DNA from: Candidatus Ozemobacteraceae bacterium
GTDB lineage: Bacteria; Muiribacteriota; Ozemobacteria; Ozemobacterales; Ozemobacteraceae
Direction of reading: 5' to 3'
Assembly: GCA_965140445.1 (NCBI GenBank)
Contig: OZ223236.1
Span: forward strand, 5,142,295-5,206,294
DNA length: 64,000 nucleotides
Positions 41,777 to 50,866 of this stretch are shown piece by piece (position 1 is the stretch's first letter; every line of letters starts with the position of its first letter). The notes under the pieces were generated by a model. That model was not told the origin of the DNA, did not search any database, and worked only from the letters and a program-made list of their open reading frames with translations. The position numbers were made by a program, and so were the translations under genes.

Positions 41777-42805
41777 TCAGCGTTTCAAGTCAACCGCAAC
41801 TTGATATAGATTCTCTCTAACTTTTTTCACTTCTACATCAACAGGTAAGAACTTTTTTATCACCTCAATATTTGTAACAACATGAGAATCGAGCTTATTG
41901 GTGGTAAAAGCTCCGCCACCACAAAGCGAAAGTGGGAGCAAAATTTGATCCGCCATGTAAAAATCTAAATTGGCACCAGAAGATAAGAAGTTTTTAGCTT
42001 CATTACAAACAGAACCTGCAATCTTTTTTCTAGAAACTCCTTGCTGACCAAACCCAGTAAACATAGCAACAGAATCCATAGAAGCAAGTTTCAATAAAAG
42101 CAAATTCCCAGGTCCTTCCGAATCAACCTGCAACACCTGCTTTTGAAAATTATTAAGATCGAATACATTAGAAACCATTTCCACTTCGTCTCTGGCGATA
42201 GCCTCTGGAATTCCCGACACAACACCCAACACACCCGATGATTCAAGAACAAACTTTTCAGGCAATGACAAAGGTTGAAAAACAGGGGCTTTGGCCGATG
42301 GGATTTCAATCTTAATTTTGCCTCCACCAGCAGGATAGAAACCCCAATCTAACAATTCAACAGCACAAGAAAGTCCAAATCGCTTTAACATAAACACATA
42401 AACTTCACTCAAGTAGTGAAAAGTTGGGGCAAAAGGATTATGAGTTCCACCTTCGACCACAATACAAGAACGTTTTCCAGAAAGCATCAAGGGAAGCATA
42501 ATCGTTTGTGCAACCAGAGTTGCGCTTCCAGCAGTACCTACCGAAAAGTTAAATTTTCCAGACTTCAACTTTCCAGGCGTGAAAACAATCTTCTCTGAGC
42601 CGACCTGTCCACCCTCAACTTTAGCATCACAAATCTCTGCTGCTGCATTTAGAGCAGTCAAATGCTGCCTCATCAGTCCAGTTTTTTTTCTTTTTGCTCG
42701 AACATTGAAAATTTCAAATGGCTGACCTGTACAGATAGACAAGCTAAGCGCACTACGCAAGATTTGCCCACCACCTTCACCAAGCGCTCCGTCCAATCGA
42801 ATCAT
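41777..42805 (-). CDS. rtcA: RNA 3'-terminal phosphate cyclase RtcA
   Basis: DG..GEGGGQILRSAL, GL.RQH, GTAGS, GGTHNP.AP, GFYPAGGG, ADQ, SH..TN; ATG 42805 with SD GAGGAGG. Confidence 0.96.
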   Translation of the reverse strand: MIRLDGALGEGGGQILRSALSLSICTGQPFEIFNVRAKRKKTGLMRQHLTALNAAAEICDAKVEGGQVGSEKIVFTPGKLKSGKFNFSVGTAGSATLVAQTIMLPLMLSGKRSCIVVEGGTHNPFAPTFHYLSEVYVFMLKRFGLSCAVELLDWGFYPAGGGKIKIEIPSAKAPVFQPLSLPEKFVLESSGVLGVVSGIPEAIARDEVEMVSNVFDLNNFQKQVLQVDSEGPGNLLLLKLASMDSVAMFTGFGQQGVSRKKIAGSVCNEAKNFLSSGANLDFYMADQILLPLSLCGGGAFTTNKLDSHVVTNIEVIKKFLPVDVEVKKVRENLYQVAVDLKR

Positions 42806-42822
42806 TTTTAACCTCCTCAACA

Positions 42823-43920
42823 TTAGAGCATCCCAACAAGCTTTTCAGCCAATCCCTTCTCACCGACGAAAAGATTTACATTGGACTTTTCAGCAATTCT
42901 TTCCACAGCCTCCAACTCTCTCAAGCGCATTAGAGTCGGATTATTTTCGAGCACCTTTGCCGTATTACACTGACTCCTGGTTGATGCAGTTTCTTCACGC
43001 CGAGCAATTTGACTCGCCTCAGCTTCTTTTTGAGCAGCAACAACTTTATTCATCAACTCTCTCATGTCTCCAGGCAATATAATATCTCGAATTCCAAAAC
43101 TGTTTATCTGGACGCCAAATTTAACAGCTTTCTCCTTAAGCTTACTTAAAATAGCTTCAGAAATAGTTTCCTTTTCCGAAAGAATTTCATCAAGCTTTTG
43201 ACTCCCAATTGCGGCGCGCAAGACCAATTGCCCCTCCCTGTAAAGAGATGAATCCACAGACTCAAAACCGGCAACAGATTTTTTAGCATCCACAACTTTG
43301 TAGCTAACAGTCGCATTTAATCGCAAACTAACCTTATCAGAAGTAATTATCTCCTGCCCAACCATATCAAACATTTTCTCCTGCAAACTTACCAACACAA
43401 AGCTCAGAGAACAAACATTGCGCCAGAAAGCATAAAACCCAGACTCAAACTCCTTAACAAAGCGCCCATTCTTATAAAACAAACCCACAGTATTTTTTTC
43501 AATTTCGAGGATTTCCAGAAACTCTCTTCCTGATTCTGAAGAAGCTATTTTGTATTTTTGACGATGGGTGAACAGAGGATCATCAACCTCAATCTTTTCA
43601 ATTGCAATCTTCTTTCGCGATTTCCAAACCGCTTGCAATCCAACACCAATTACCGCCTCAAACCTACCATCTATCCAAAGCAAAGCGCGATGATTGTCTT
43701 TTAAATCCAATATTTCCAATTGATCAGAAAGAAAACCAGACCTTACAATTTCTTCCAGAGATTTGTGCTTTAGAAACACATCCAACTCTGAAACAACATC
43801 AATTCTTTCCCCAAACAATGATTTGGCCACATACAATCCAGGCTTCAGCACCTCTACCAACTTATTCCTCACAAACTTCAGCCCAAACTCATAACTATTA
43901 ACTCTTACCAGCTTAAACAT
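42823..43920 (-). CDS. SPFH/band-7 slipin-family protein
   Basis: GQEIITSDKVSLRLN, LR..IG...LDE.L..K, IRDIILPGDM, RREETA.TRS..NTAK..ENNPTLMRLRELE. Confidence 0.88.
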   Translation of the reverse strand: MFKLVRVNSYEFGLKFVRNKLVEVLKPGLYVAKSLFGERIDVVSELDVFLKHKSLEEIVRSGFLSDQLEILDLKDNHRALLWIDGRFEAVIGVGLQAVWKSRKKIAIEKIEVDDPLFTHRQKYKIASSESGREFLEILEIEKNTVGLFYKNGRFVKEFESGFYAFWRNVCSLSFVLVSLQEKMFDMVGQEIITSDKVSLRLNATVSYKVVDAKKSVAGFESVDSSLYREGQLVLRAAIGSQKLDEILSEKETISEAILSKLKEKAVKFGVQINSFGIRDIILPGDMRELMNKVVAAQKEAEASQIARREETASTRSQCNTAKVLENNPTLMRLRELEAVERIAEKSNVNLFVGEKGLAEKLVGML

Positions 43921-44200
43921 CCTCTACACCTCCAATAAACCTATTCAATTAGTCAAATGACTATTAATTTCAAAGCCTTCGTAGCGGTCAAAGCAGGTAT
44001 TTCATCAAAATAAAAGTGGGAGCTAAAATTAGATTTGCGCTTTTATCTTTCTATCAACAGCCAAGAAAAACAAAATGAACCTCAAATCCGACAAATAACC
44101 CGCAGACTCCAATTTCAATTGTCAGCAGACCAAATTACGGTTTGCAAACAGAAATCCAACCCCTTCCGCCACTCCAGCCAATTAAAAACCTGATATTACA

Positions 44201-44273
44201 GATTTTGAGCAGGATTTGAACCTGCAACCCATGGAGTGTTAGTCCATTGCTCTACCCATTGAGCTATCGTGGC
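44201..44273 (-). ncRNA. tRNA-like RNA (pseudo-tRNA, anticodon AAC) in the rtc operon leader
   Basis: GCCACGA TA GCTC-AATGGGTA-GAGC A ATGGA-CTAACAC-TCCAT GGGTT GCAGG-TTCAAAT-CCTGC TCAAAAT C. D, anticodon and T arms pair perfectly. The acceptor stem largely fails to pair and no CCA is encoded. Confidence 0.8.
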
Positions 44274-44356
44274 CAACCTCAAACTCAAAACTACTAAGGA
44301 ACTTGATCTGGCTAGAGCCATCAAGCCTGTAGTCGAATCGGCGGCAAGCTATATAT

Positions 44357-44373
44357 TGCAATCTCTATGCCAA
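44357..44373 (-). promoter_or_regulatory. Sigma54 (-24/-12) promoter of the rtc operon
   Basis: TTGGCATAGAGATTGCA (GG-N10-GC), divergent from rtcR. Confidence 0.88.
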
Positions 44374-44486
44374 ACGACAAGACTTTCCCCAAAAGCCCTT
44401 AAAGATTGAGTTTTTAAAAATTCTTTGTCTTGAGCAATGTGACTTTTTATATTTATTTTTATATATTTTTATTATATTTTATATAT

Positions 44487-46094
44487 ATGAAAAAAGTTGT
44501 AATTGGATTTTTAGGTTCATCACTCGATAGAAGAGGAAAGAACCACAGATGGGATAAATGGAGACCGTCTGTGGCGATATGTCAGCACGAAGACCTTCTT
44601 ATAGACAAGTTCCACCTTTTATACAATGCCAGGAATGAAGGACTTGCTTTACAGGTCAAAAGTGACATAAAACTTATTTCACCCGAAACCAATGTGATTC
44701 TGGAAAAAATCGAATTAAAAAATCCATGGGACTTTGAAGAGGTGTTTTCAGAACTTCTGGAATATACCAACAACTACTCATTCAAGACGAAAACAGAAGA
44801 ATATCTGCTGCACATAACTACCGGCACCCATGTCGCACAAATATGCCTTTTCCTTCTTACAGAAGCAGGCTTCTTTCCGGGAAAGCTCATTCAAACTGGC
44901 CCAGGTCGACAAAACACACCTCCTGGAAATTATGAAATAATAGACCTGGATCTCTCACGCTATGATTCAATAGCAAAGCGATTTTCGCAACAGATCAATG
45001 ACGACATTTCTTTTCTGAAATCAGGAATAAAAACAAAGAGCAAAAAATTTAACGCTCTCATTAGTGAAGTAGAAAAAGTTACACTTAGAAGCTCAGACCC
45101 AATTCTCTTAACAGGTCCAACCGGAGCAGGCAAATCAAGGCTGGCAAAGCAAATATTTGAATTAAAAAAGCAAAAAAACATCGTTTGTGGAGAGTTTGTA
45201 GAGGTAAATTGTGCAACCCTAAGAGGCGACATGGCACTATCAGTTCTATTCGGACATACAAAAGGTGCATTTACCGGCGCTGAAAAGGCAAGAACGGGTC
45301 TACTCAAGAAAGCAGACAATGGAGTAATTTTTCTTGATGAAATTGGTGAATTAGGTCTTGATGAGCAAGCCATGCTGTTACAAGCAATTGAAAACAAATG
45401 CTTCTTTTCTGTTGGTTCGGACACAGAAACAAAAAGCGACTTTCAATTAATATGCGGAACCAACAAAAGTTTACACAAATGCGTTCACGAAGGCGTCTTT
45501 CGAGAAGACCTCCTTGCGAGAATAAACTTCTGGTCCTTTAAAATGCCAGGATTGGCTGAGAGAAAAGAAGACATTGAACCAAATGTAGAATTTGAGCTAC
45601 AAAAGAGGTCTAAAACGATTGGGAAACCTGTTAATTTTAGCAAGGAAGCCAAAACAGCGTATCTAAACTTTGCAATGAAGCCGGAAGCAATTTGGAAAGC
45701 CAACTTCCGCGACTTAAATAACTCAATTAATCGCATGTCAGTTCTTTGCGAAGGCAACAGAATAAGCTCTCATGATGTAGAGAAAGAAATTAAGAGACTT
45801 AAAAGCGAATGGCATTCAGTTTTTGAGCCAACAGATAAAGGCTTAATTCAGAAATTGATTTCTTCCGAGAAGCTTGAATCAATTGATTTGTTTGACAGAT
45901 TGCAGCTAGAGCAGGTTCTTCAAGTATGTGCCAAAGCAAAAAATCTACCTGAAGCGGGCCGCATTCTATTTTCGGAATCAAGAAAATCCAGGCAAAAAAT
46001 AAACGACAGCGACAGATTAAGAAAATACCTGCAAAAGTTTAATCTGGACTGGGAAACAATTTCTACATTAACTTCAGCTGAGAAAAACTTTTAA
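44487..46094 (+). CDS. rtcR: Sigma54-dependent RNA-repair activator RtcR (CARF-AAA+-HTH)
   Basis: KKVVIGFLGSSLD...RW.KWRPSV, PWDFEEV, HITTGTHVAQIC, GPTGAGKS, GAFTGA, LDEIGE, NDSDRLRKYL; start moved to ATG 44487. Confidence 0.96.
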   Translation: MKKVVIGFLGSSLDRRGKNHRWDKWRPSVAICQHEDLLIDKFHLLYNARNEGLALQVKSDIKLISPETNVILEKIELKNPWDFEEVFSELLEYTNNYSFKTKTEEYLLHITTGTHVAQICLFLLTEAGFFPGKLIQTGPGRQNTPPGNYEIIDLDLSRYDSIAKRFSQQINDDISFLKSGIKTKSKKFNALISEVEKVTLRSSDPILLTGPTGAGKSRLAKQIFELKKQKNIVCGEFVEVNCATLRGDMALSVLFGHTKGAFTGAEKARTGLLKKADNGVIFLDEIGELGLDEQAMLLQAIENKCFFSVGSDTETKSDFQLICGTNKSLHKCVHEGVFREDLLARINFWSFKMPGLAERKEDIEPNVEFELQKRSKTIGKPVNFSKEAKTAYLNFAMKPEAIWKANFRDLNNSINRMSVLCEGNRISSHDVEKEIKRLKSEWHSVFEPTDKGLIQKLISSEKLESIDLFDRLQLEQVLQVCAKAKNLPEAGRILFSESRKSRQKINDSDRLRKYLQKFNLDWETISTLTSAEKNF

Positions 46095-46229
46095 CAAAAC
46101 ACCTCCCCCTAAACTGCAAAACGATGAGTTAGAAACAGTTTGGATATAGGATTTGACAGAGTTGGTATTTTAAAACCATAATGGGTCACACTAAAAAATA
46201 GATTACAGGAATGATTCAGGAGACTAAAA

Positions 46230-47294
46230 ATGGAAAAAAAGTCGGTAGATTTTCTACTCACGCTTCTAGAAACACCTTCCCCATCTGGCGACGAAAAAGC
46301 TTTTCAAAAGATCTGGCTTGAAAGAGTTAAGAAATTCGCAGAAGTAGATACAGATATGGCTGGCAACGCCATAGGCATATTAAACAAAAACGCAGACTTC
46401 AAAGTCCTACTAGCTGGGCACTGCGATGAAATTGGGATGGTTGTCACCAGCATTGATGAAAATGGCTTTGTATATTTCACAAAATCTGGTGGAATAGATC
46501 ATACAATTCTACCCGGGCTGGAGGTTGAAATTTTCGGCGAATCAGAAAAAATAGACGGGGTAATTGGATTCAGCAGAACTCCAGAATTTAAGATTCCAGA
46601 GAAAATTTCAATGGAAGATCTACACATTGACTGTGGAGCAATCGACAGCAAATCTGTGAAAAAATTAAAAAAACAAATTAAAATAGGCGACTATATCCTG
46701 TATAAAAGCAGTCCAAAATTGTCAAAAGATGGAATTGTTACAGGAAAAGGCTTAGACAACAAAACAGGTGCTTTCATCGTTTCAGAAGTATTGAGAAAGC
46801 TCAGCAAAAAGAAACTTAAAGTTGGTGTTTATTGCGTCAGCACCACAGGCGAAGAAACAAACCTAAGAGGAGCTTATTTCGCAGGATCTGGACTCAACCC
46901 CTCGCTAGCTCTAGCTTGTGACGTAACATTTGCAACAGACACCCCAGGCATGTGCCACAAAAAATTTGCGAAGATTGAGCTGGGAAAAGGTCCAACTCTA
47001 TCAAAAGGCAGTCCAATTAACCCGGAAGTAAACAAGCTCCTTGAAAAAGCCGCTAAAAAGGCAAAAATAGCGACGCAGTATGAGCTAACTCCTGAGCAAA
47101 CTTGTACAGATGCAGATAAAATTCACTTTTCCGGAAATGGTGTACCAGTAGCAATTGTTTCCTTGCCGCTTCGCTACATGCACTCCCCGATAGAGATGGC
47201 TTCAATTAAAGACATAGAAAATGAAATAGACATGCTTGTCGAATTTATCTCTGGCTTAACTGGCAAAGAAGACCTTAGACCCGTAAAACCATAA
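46230..47294 (+). CDS. M42-family metallo-aminopeptidase
   Basis: SPSGDE, GHCDEIG, LDNK, EETN, CDVT, TDAD, RYMHSP.E; TTGACA-18-CATAAT at 46153-46182 upstream. Confidence 0.9.
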   Translation: MEKKSVDFLLTLLETPSPSGDEKAFQKIWLERVKKFAEVDTDMAGNAIGILNKNADFKVLLAGHCDEIGMVVTSIDENGFVYFTKSGGIDHTILPGLEVEIFGESEKIDGVIGFSRTPEFKIPEKISMEDLHIDCGAIDSKSVKKLKKQIKIGDYILYKSSPKLSKDGIVTGKGLDNKTGAFIVSEVLRKLSKKKLKVGVYCVSTTGEETNLRGAYFAGSGLNPSLALACDVTFATDTPGMCHKKFAKIELGKGPTLSKGSPINPEVNKLLEKAAKKAKIATQYELTPEQTCTDADKIHFSGNGVPVAIVSLPLRYMHSPIEMASIKDIENEIDMLVEFISGLTGKEDLRPVKP

Positions 47295-47298
47295 TAAA

Positions 47299-47337
47299 AA
47301 AACCGAGAAATGGTCATTGTTACCATTTCTCGGTTTT
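47299..47337. terminator. Bidirectional terminator
   Basis: AAAACCGAGAAATGGT / ACCATTTCTCGGTTTT between convergent genes. Confidence 0.85.
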
Positions 47338-47349
47338 GTTTTATTTAAA

Positions 47350-48381
47350 TCAGTCTTTATCTATTTTTTGCAATTGGTTTTCAAGAGCTGAATCTTCTAC
47401 AAGAGAGTTACTAACCATTGCAGGAGGTGCAGGGACTTCAATTTTCACAGACATTGGCAGTAAAGAATATAACCCCTGCAAATATCTAATTGGTGGATGC
47501 GAAGTGGCTTTTGGCTTGCCTGAAAATTCAATAGCTCCAAGAACAGAATGTCCATCAGAATAAATATTGTTTGGAGCACCAATATGAACATACTTCATCC
47601 ACTTCAGAGGAACTCTAGTAACCAAATCATTATCATTAACCCATCGCTGGAAATTAGATAATTCTTCACCAAAAACCTTAACAAAATTCTTATTCCCAAC
47701 TTTTGGAGATCCAAAAGCATAGATTCCCTGAACTTCGACCCCATCTTTAGCGAGCCTAAAAGAAGCCACAGTAGCAAGCCCTGCTCCAAGACTATGCCCT
47801 GTTATCCAAAGTTTCTTTGGAGCTCCAGCCATATGATCGACACACAATTTCTTTAAATCGTCATAAACAATATCAACAGCGTTATAAAAGCCTTTGTGAA
47901 CTTTTACGCCACTTCCCCACCATGGGATGCGCTTTTTGAAAAAATTTAGATCAGTTAAAAGCCAATCATAAACGGCTCGTGGCAAATTTTTAATATTTCC
48001 CTTTAACCCTTCAGAACCGCGAAAAGCAACCACCACAGTTGAGGAATTTGACATCACTACAAGCTGCGTATCCCCAGTTTTCTGCCGCCTGGAAATAAAG
48101 TCAAACTTATCAAACCCGAGGGAAGCGAATTTTTCTGTGTATCTTGCTTTAAAATCATTAAAGTCTGTAGCACCAATTCTGTCTGCATAACAATAGTAAC
48201 TTGCCAGCATCAGCAAGTAAGAATTATTTATGTCGTGGCTACCTGCAAAATTGTTAAAAACTGTTTTAAAACAATTTTGTCCCTGAATTTCAGCCTTACA
48301 AGTAGAGCTAAGACTAAAAAGTAAAAATATAACTGTCAGTATGCCAAAAATATGTATTTTGCTTTGTCTAATTCTATTCAT
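47350..48381 (-). CDS. Secreted class 3 lipase
   Basis: Signal peptide; VAFRGS, VHKGF, TGHSLG, FGSPKVGN, NDNDLVTRVP. Confidence 0.9.
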   Translation of the reverse strand: MNRIRQSKIHIFGILTVIFLLFSLSSTCKAEIQGQNCFKTVFNNFAGSHDINNSYLLMLASYYCYADRIGATDFNDFKARYTEKFASLGFDKFDFISRRQKTGDTQLVVMSNSSTVVVAFRGSEGLKGNIKNLPRAVYDWLLTDLNFFKKRIPWWGSGVKVHKGFYNAVDIVYDDLKKLCVDHMAGAPKKLWITGHSLGAGLATVASFRLAKDGVEVQGIYAFGSPKVGNKNFVKVFGEELSNFQRWVNDNDLVTRVPLKWMKYVHIGAPNNIYSDGHSVLGAIEFSGKPKATSHPPIRYLQGLYSLLPMSVKIEVPAPPAMVSNSLVEDSALENQLQKIDKD

Positions 48382-48473
48382 TTGTTCACCTAGACTAATT
48401 ATAACCGAAAAAAGAACTTTGTCAGGCAAAGTTTTGTAAATCCTAACAAAGAATTGTACAAAATCATAGTATT

Positions 48474-49145
48474 TTAGGGCCTAATTCTTCTGAGGTTTCT
48501 TTTAGAAGGGGAGTCAGAGGGCAACAAGGAACTAGAATTCTTCTTAAGTTCAGCTGAAATATTATTTAAGTCGTTAATAATTTGCAACACATCATCCTGC
48601 CCAATTCCAGATGAAACCAAAATAGATTTGGCATCGTTAATTACAGCGTCGACCTCTGATTTTGGAATATTCGCACTATTCATAATCGCCTGAACATCTT
48701 TTAAAAGCTTAATCTGCTCTTGAACAGAGACATTCCCATCAGACATAACTAATTGCAGATCATTAACCAGCGATTCTACAAGACCCTTTGAAGGTTTAAC
48801 GGTTCCTTTCGCCAATGTCTGAAAACTTTTTACAAAAGACTGTTTTTGTTCCTCCGTCACATTAGCCTTTGAGCTCAATTGAGCAAGATCCAATTGAAGC
48901 TTTTTTAGATTTTCTTTTTGTCCCTCACTGACAAAATTCTTATCAGAGAAAGAGCTATTTTGAGCTGAACCTTTCCGATCTACAGAATTAGAGGGATTTA
49001 TAGATTTTTGAGTTTTAGAACTTTTGGAGAAAGAATTACCCCTGCTTGAACTGTTTCCAGCACGGTTAAGCCTACAAACTCCAGTGGAAAGACGTGAAAA
49101 CATCAGCAAAATCCATAGCAAAAACAGTCTTCGAACATTAATCAA
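48474..49145 (-). CDS. Hypothetical exported helical protein
   Basis: N-terminal hydrophobic segment, Ser-rich linker, amphipathic helical repeats; SD GGAGG. Confidence 0.6.
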   Translation of the reverse strand: MINVRRLFLLWILLMFSRLSTGVCRLNRAGNSSSRGNSFSKSSKTQKSINPSNSVDRKGSAQNSSFSDKNFVSEGQKENLKKLQLDLAQLSSKANVTEEQKQSFVKSFQTLAKGTVKPSKGLVESLVNDLQLVMSDGNVSVQEQIKLLKDVQAIMNSANIPKSEVDAVINDAKSILVSSGIGQDDVLQIINDLNNISAELKKNSSSLLPSDSPSKRNLRRIRP

Positions 49146-49189
49146 AGCTCATTTCCTCCAGAAAGGTCTTTAATTTAAGACCACAAGCC

Positions 49190-49687
49190 TTAAAGAGAGT
49201 CTTGCCATTGTCCCAGAAACTTCTTGGCGTTTTTTTTAAGTCTTTTTAAGCCGCTAACTCTTTGCTTGATCATTTTATAATATAAGTAATCTTCCTGGCT
49301 ATATTCATTAGTTGCACCATTTATCATTGAATCTGCAACAATTGCATTTTTATCCAAAATGGAAAATAAGCCATCAAATCTCAAAGCATAAAGTTTAGCG
49401 ATAGCCTGTTCAAAATTTACCGCTGCAGAATAAGTCGGTGGCTGATTACCGACCTGAGCTGAATGCAAATCAATCATTCCGTTTTGTCTAAGCCAGGCAA
49501 CGTCTTTCTCAATTTCTTCTGACAAAACTCCTGACCTACCGGCAATATCGCTTATTGTTAAAGGTTTCTCAGCAAATATCATGGTAAAAAGTATTTCCTG
49601 TCGGTCAAGCTTTTCTGCGGCATGTTGCTTAACTTCTCTCATGGCTTCGTTGAGTAAATCCTGAATTTGACGTAAATTGGTGTGCAT
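49190..49687 (-). CDS. Winged-helix regulator (GbsR/TrmB-like)
   Basis: KPLTISDIAGRSGV..EEIEKDVAWLRQNGMI HTH followed by a coiled coil; SD GGAGG. Confidence 0.6.
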   Translation of the reverse strand: MHTNLRQIQDLLNEAMREVKQHAAEKLDRQEILFTMIFAEKPLTISDIAGRSGVLSEEIEKDVAWLRQNGMIDLHSAQVGNQPPTYSAAVNFEQAIAKLYALRFDGLFSILDKNAIVADSMINGATNEYSQEDYLYYKMIKQRVSGLKRLKKNAKKFLGQWQDSL

Positions 49688-49856
49688 TTTTCCTCCGACC
49701 CTGACTTTAAATTATTTTGCTGTTTTGAATTCTACGTTTTAATCATATAAGAATTTTCTTAAAGCGGTCAATAGCATTAATTGCCAAGACAAACCCGTAA
49801 CAAATGATTTAACTTTCATTTACCTGTTGCAAAACAATAAGAGTCCGCTCTGCCTT

Positions 49857-50612
49857 TCATTCTGCATAGCCAACTGGAGCCATGTAAATCGAAAATTCAT
49901 CTTCTCCGTTAACACCAAGTAATCGATCCGCTTTTTCCTGTATATAAGCTGCAATGCCACAGGTTCCCAATCCAGCCGCTTCACTGGCCAAATAAAGATT
50001 CTGCCCAACATGTCCCGCATCTAATAAAATACTCTTCATTGCATATGAACCATACCGCCATTCTGTTCTGTACGGAACCACAGTCCAGATGAAGAAAACG
50101 CTGGCACTTCCACAGAAGCCCTGCTCACAGGCTAATTCAGCTATAGCATCAGGTAAAGAATCGTGTAGATCAATTAAAAGCAAAGCGTTTTGAGAAGCAA
50201 TGAAACGATAAACTCCTGGAGTAATTCCCTCCACTTTTGTAATTGCCAGATAGGTCTCAAATGGGTGCCTTGAGCCCCCAGAAGGAACAGTTCTTCTAAA
50301 AAATGTCCCGTTTTTTGAAATATGCTTAATGCCTTGCGTTGCCCACAAGAGAAAGCTTAGCTGGAGCTGAGAAATATCTTTTTCCTGAAAAATCCGATGA
50401 CTAATTCTATCTTCAATGCAGACCTTCAAATCATTTTTCACAGGAACATAATCAGAAGGGTCCGGAAGATAAATCAAATGTCCATCATCATCCCACGGCT
50501 CTTCCAGATGAGGGTGAGCAACTCCTTTTTGCTGGTCTGGGATTGGCCCTCTTTCCACGGGTTTTTCGCTATAGCCCTTCATGAGATATCTTAAATCATC
50601 AATTTTAAACAT
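49857..50612 (-). CDS. SagB/ThcOx-family nitroreductase
   Basis: R.SHR.F, LS.LLWATQG, RTVPSGGSRHPFETY, LDAGHVGQNLYLA; ATG 50612 with SD GGAGG. Confidence 0.9.
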   Translation of the reverse strand: MFKIDDLRYLMKGYSEKPVERGPIPDQQKGVAHPHLEEPWDDDGHLIYLPDPSDYVPVKNDLKVCIEDRISHRIFQEKDISQLQLSFLLWATQGIKHISKNGTFFRRTVPSGGSRHPFETYLAITKVEGITPGVYRFIASQNALLLIDLHDSLPDAIAELACEQGFCGSASVFFIWTVVPYRTEWRYGSYAMKSILLDAGHVGQNLYLASEAAGLGTCGIAAYIQEKADRLLGVNGEDEFSIYMAPVGYAE

Positions 50613-50866
50613 AAGCTTTCCTCCACACTTTGATCTTGTGAAAATCCTGTATATTTTTTGTCTGATCTTTCTACTTAATTCTACCCCCAAATTACAAATT
50701 TTGACATTAATAAAAATACTGTCTTAAAAAAGTTTACTGGCCTACGTCTCTAGTAGCCTTTGCTTTAACCTTAGCACTCATTTTTGCCAAGCAAAGTAGT
50801 ATTTGCTGTGATAGAATTTTCATCTAGCTGTCCACAAATTGAATAGAGCTAAAACTGGAGAAAATT

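Noticed and set aside
43980..44180. Canonical Y RNA (GGCTGG near 44179, TTGACC near 43990)
   Set aside because: No GGUCCGA-type 5' strand to form the Ro-binding helix, and no Ro60/TROVE gene in the window.
44201..44273. Functional tRNA-Val(AAC)
   Set aside because: The contiguous acceptor stem does not pair and the anticodon is atypical, so it is reported as a tRNA-like ncRNA.
49857..50612. SagB-like gene as a marker of a thiazole/oxazole RiPP cluster
   Set aside because: No YcaO, precursor peptide or transporter nearby; stand-alone nitroreductase.
50774..50791. Possible minus-strand sigma54 promoter, and a similar one near 49775-49787
   Set aside because: GG-to-GC spacing is 11 and 8 nt rather than the required 10.
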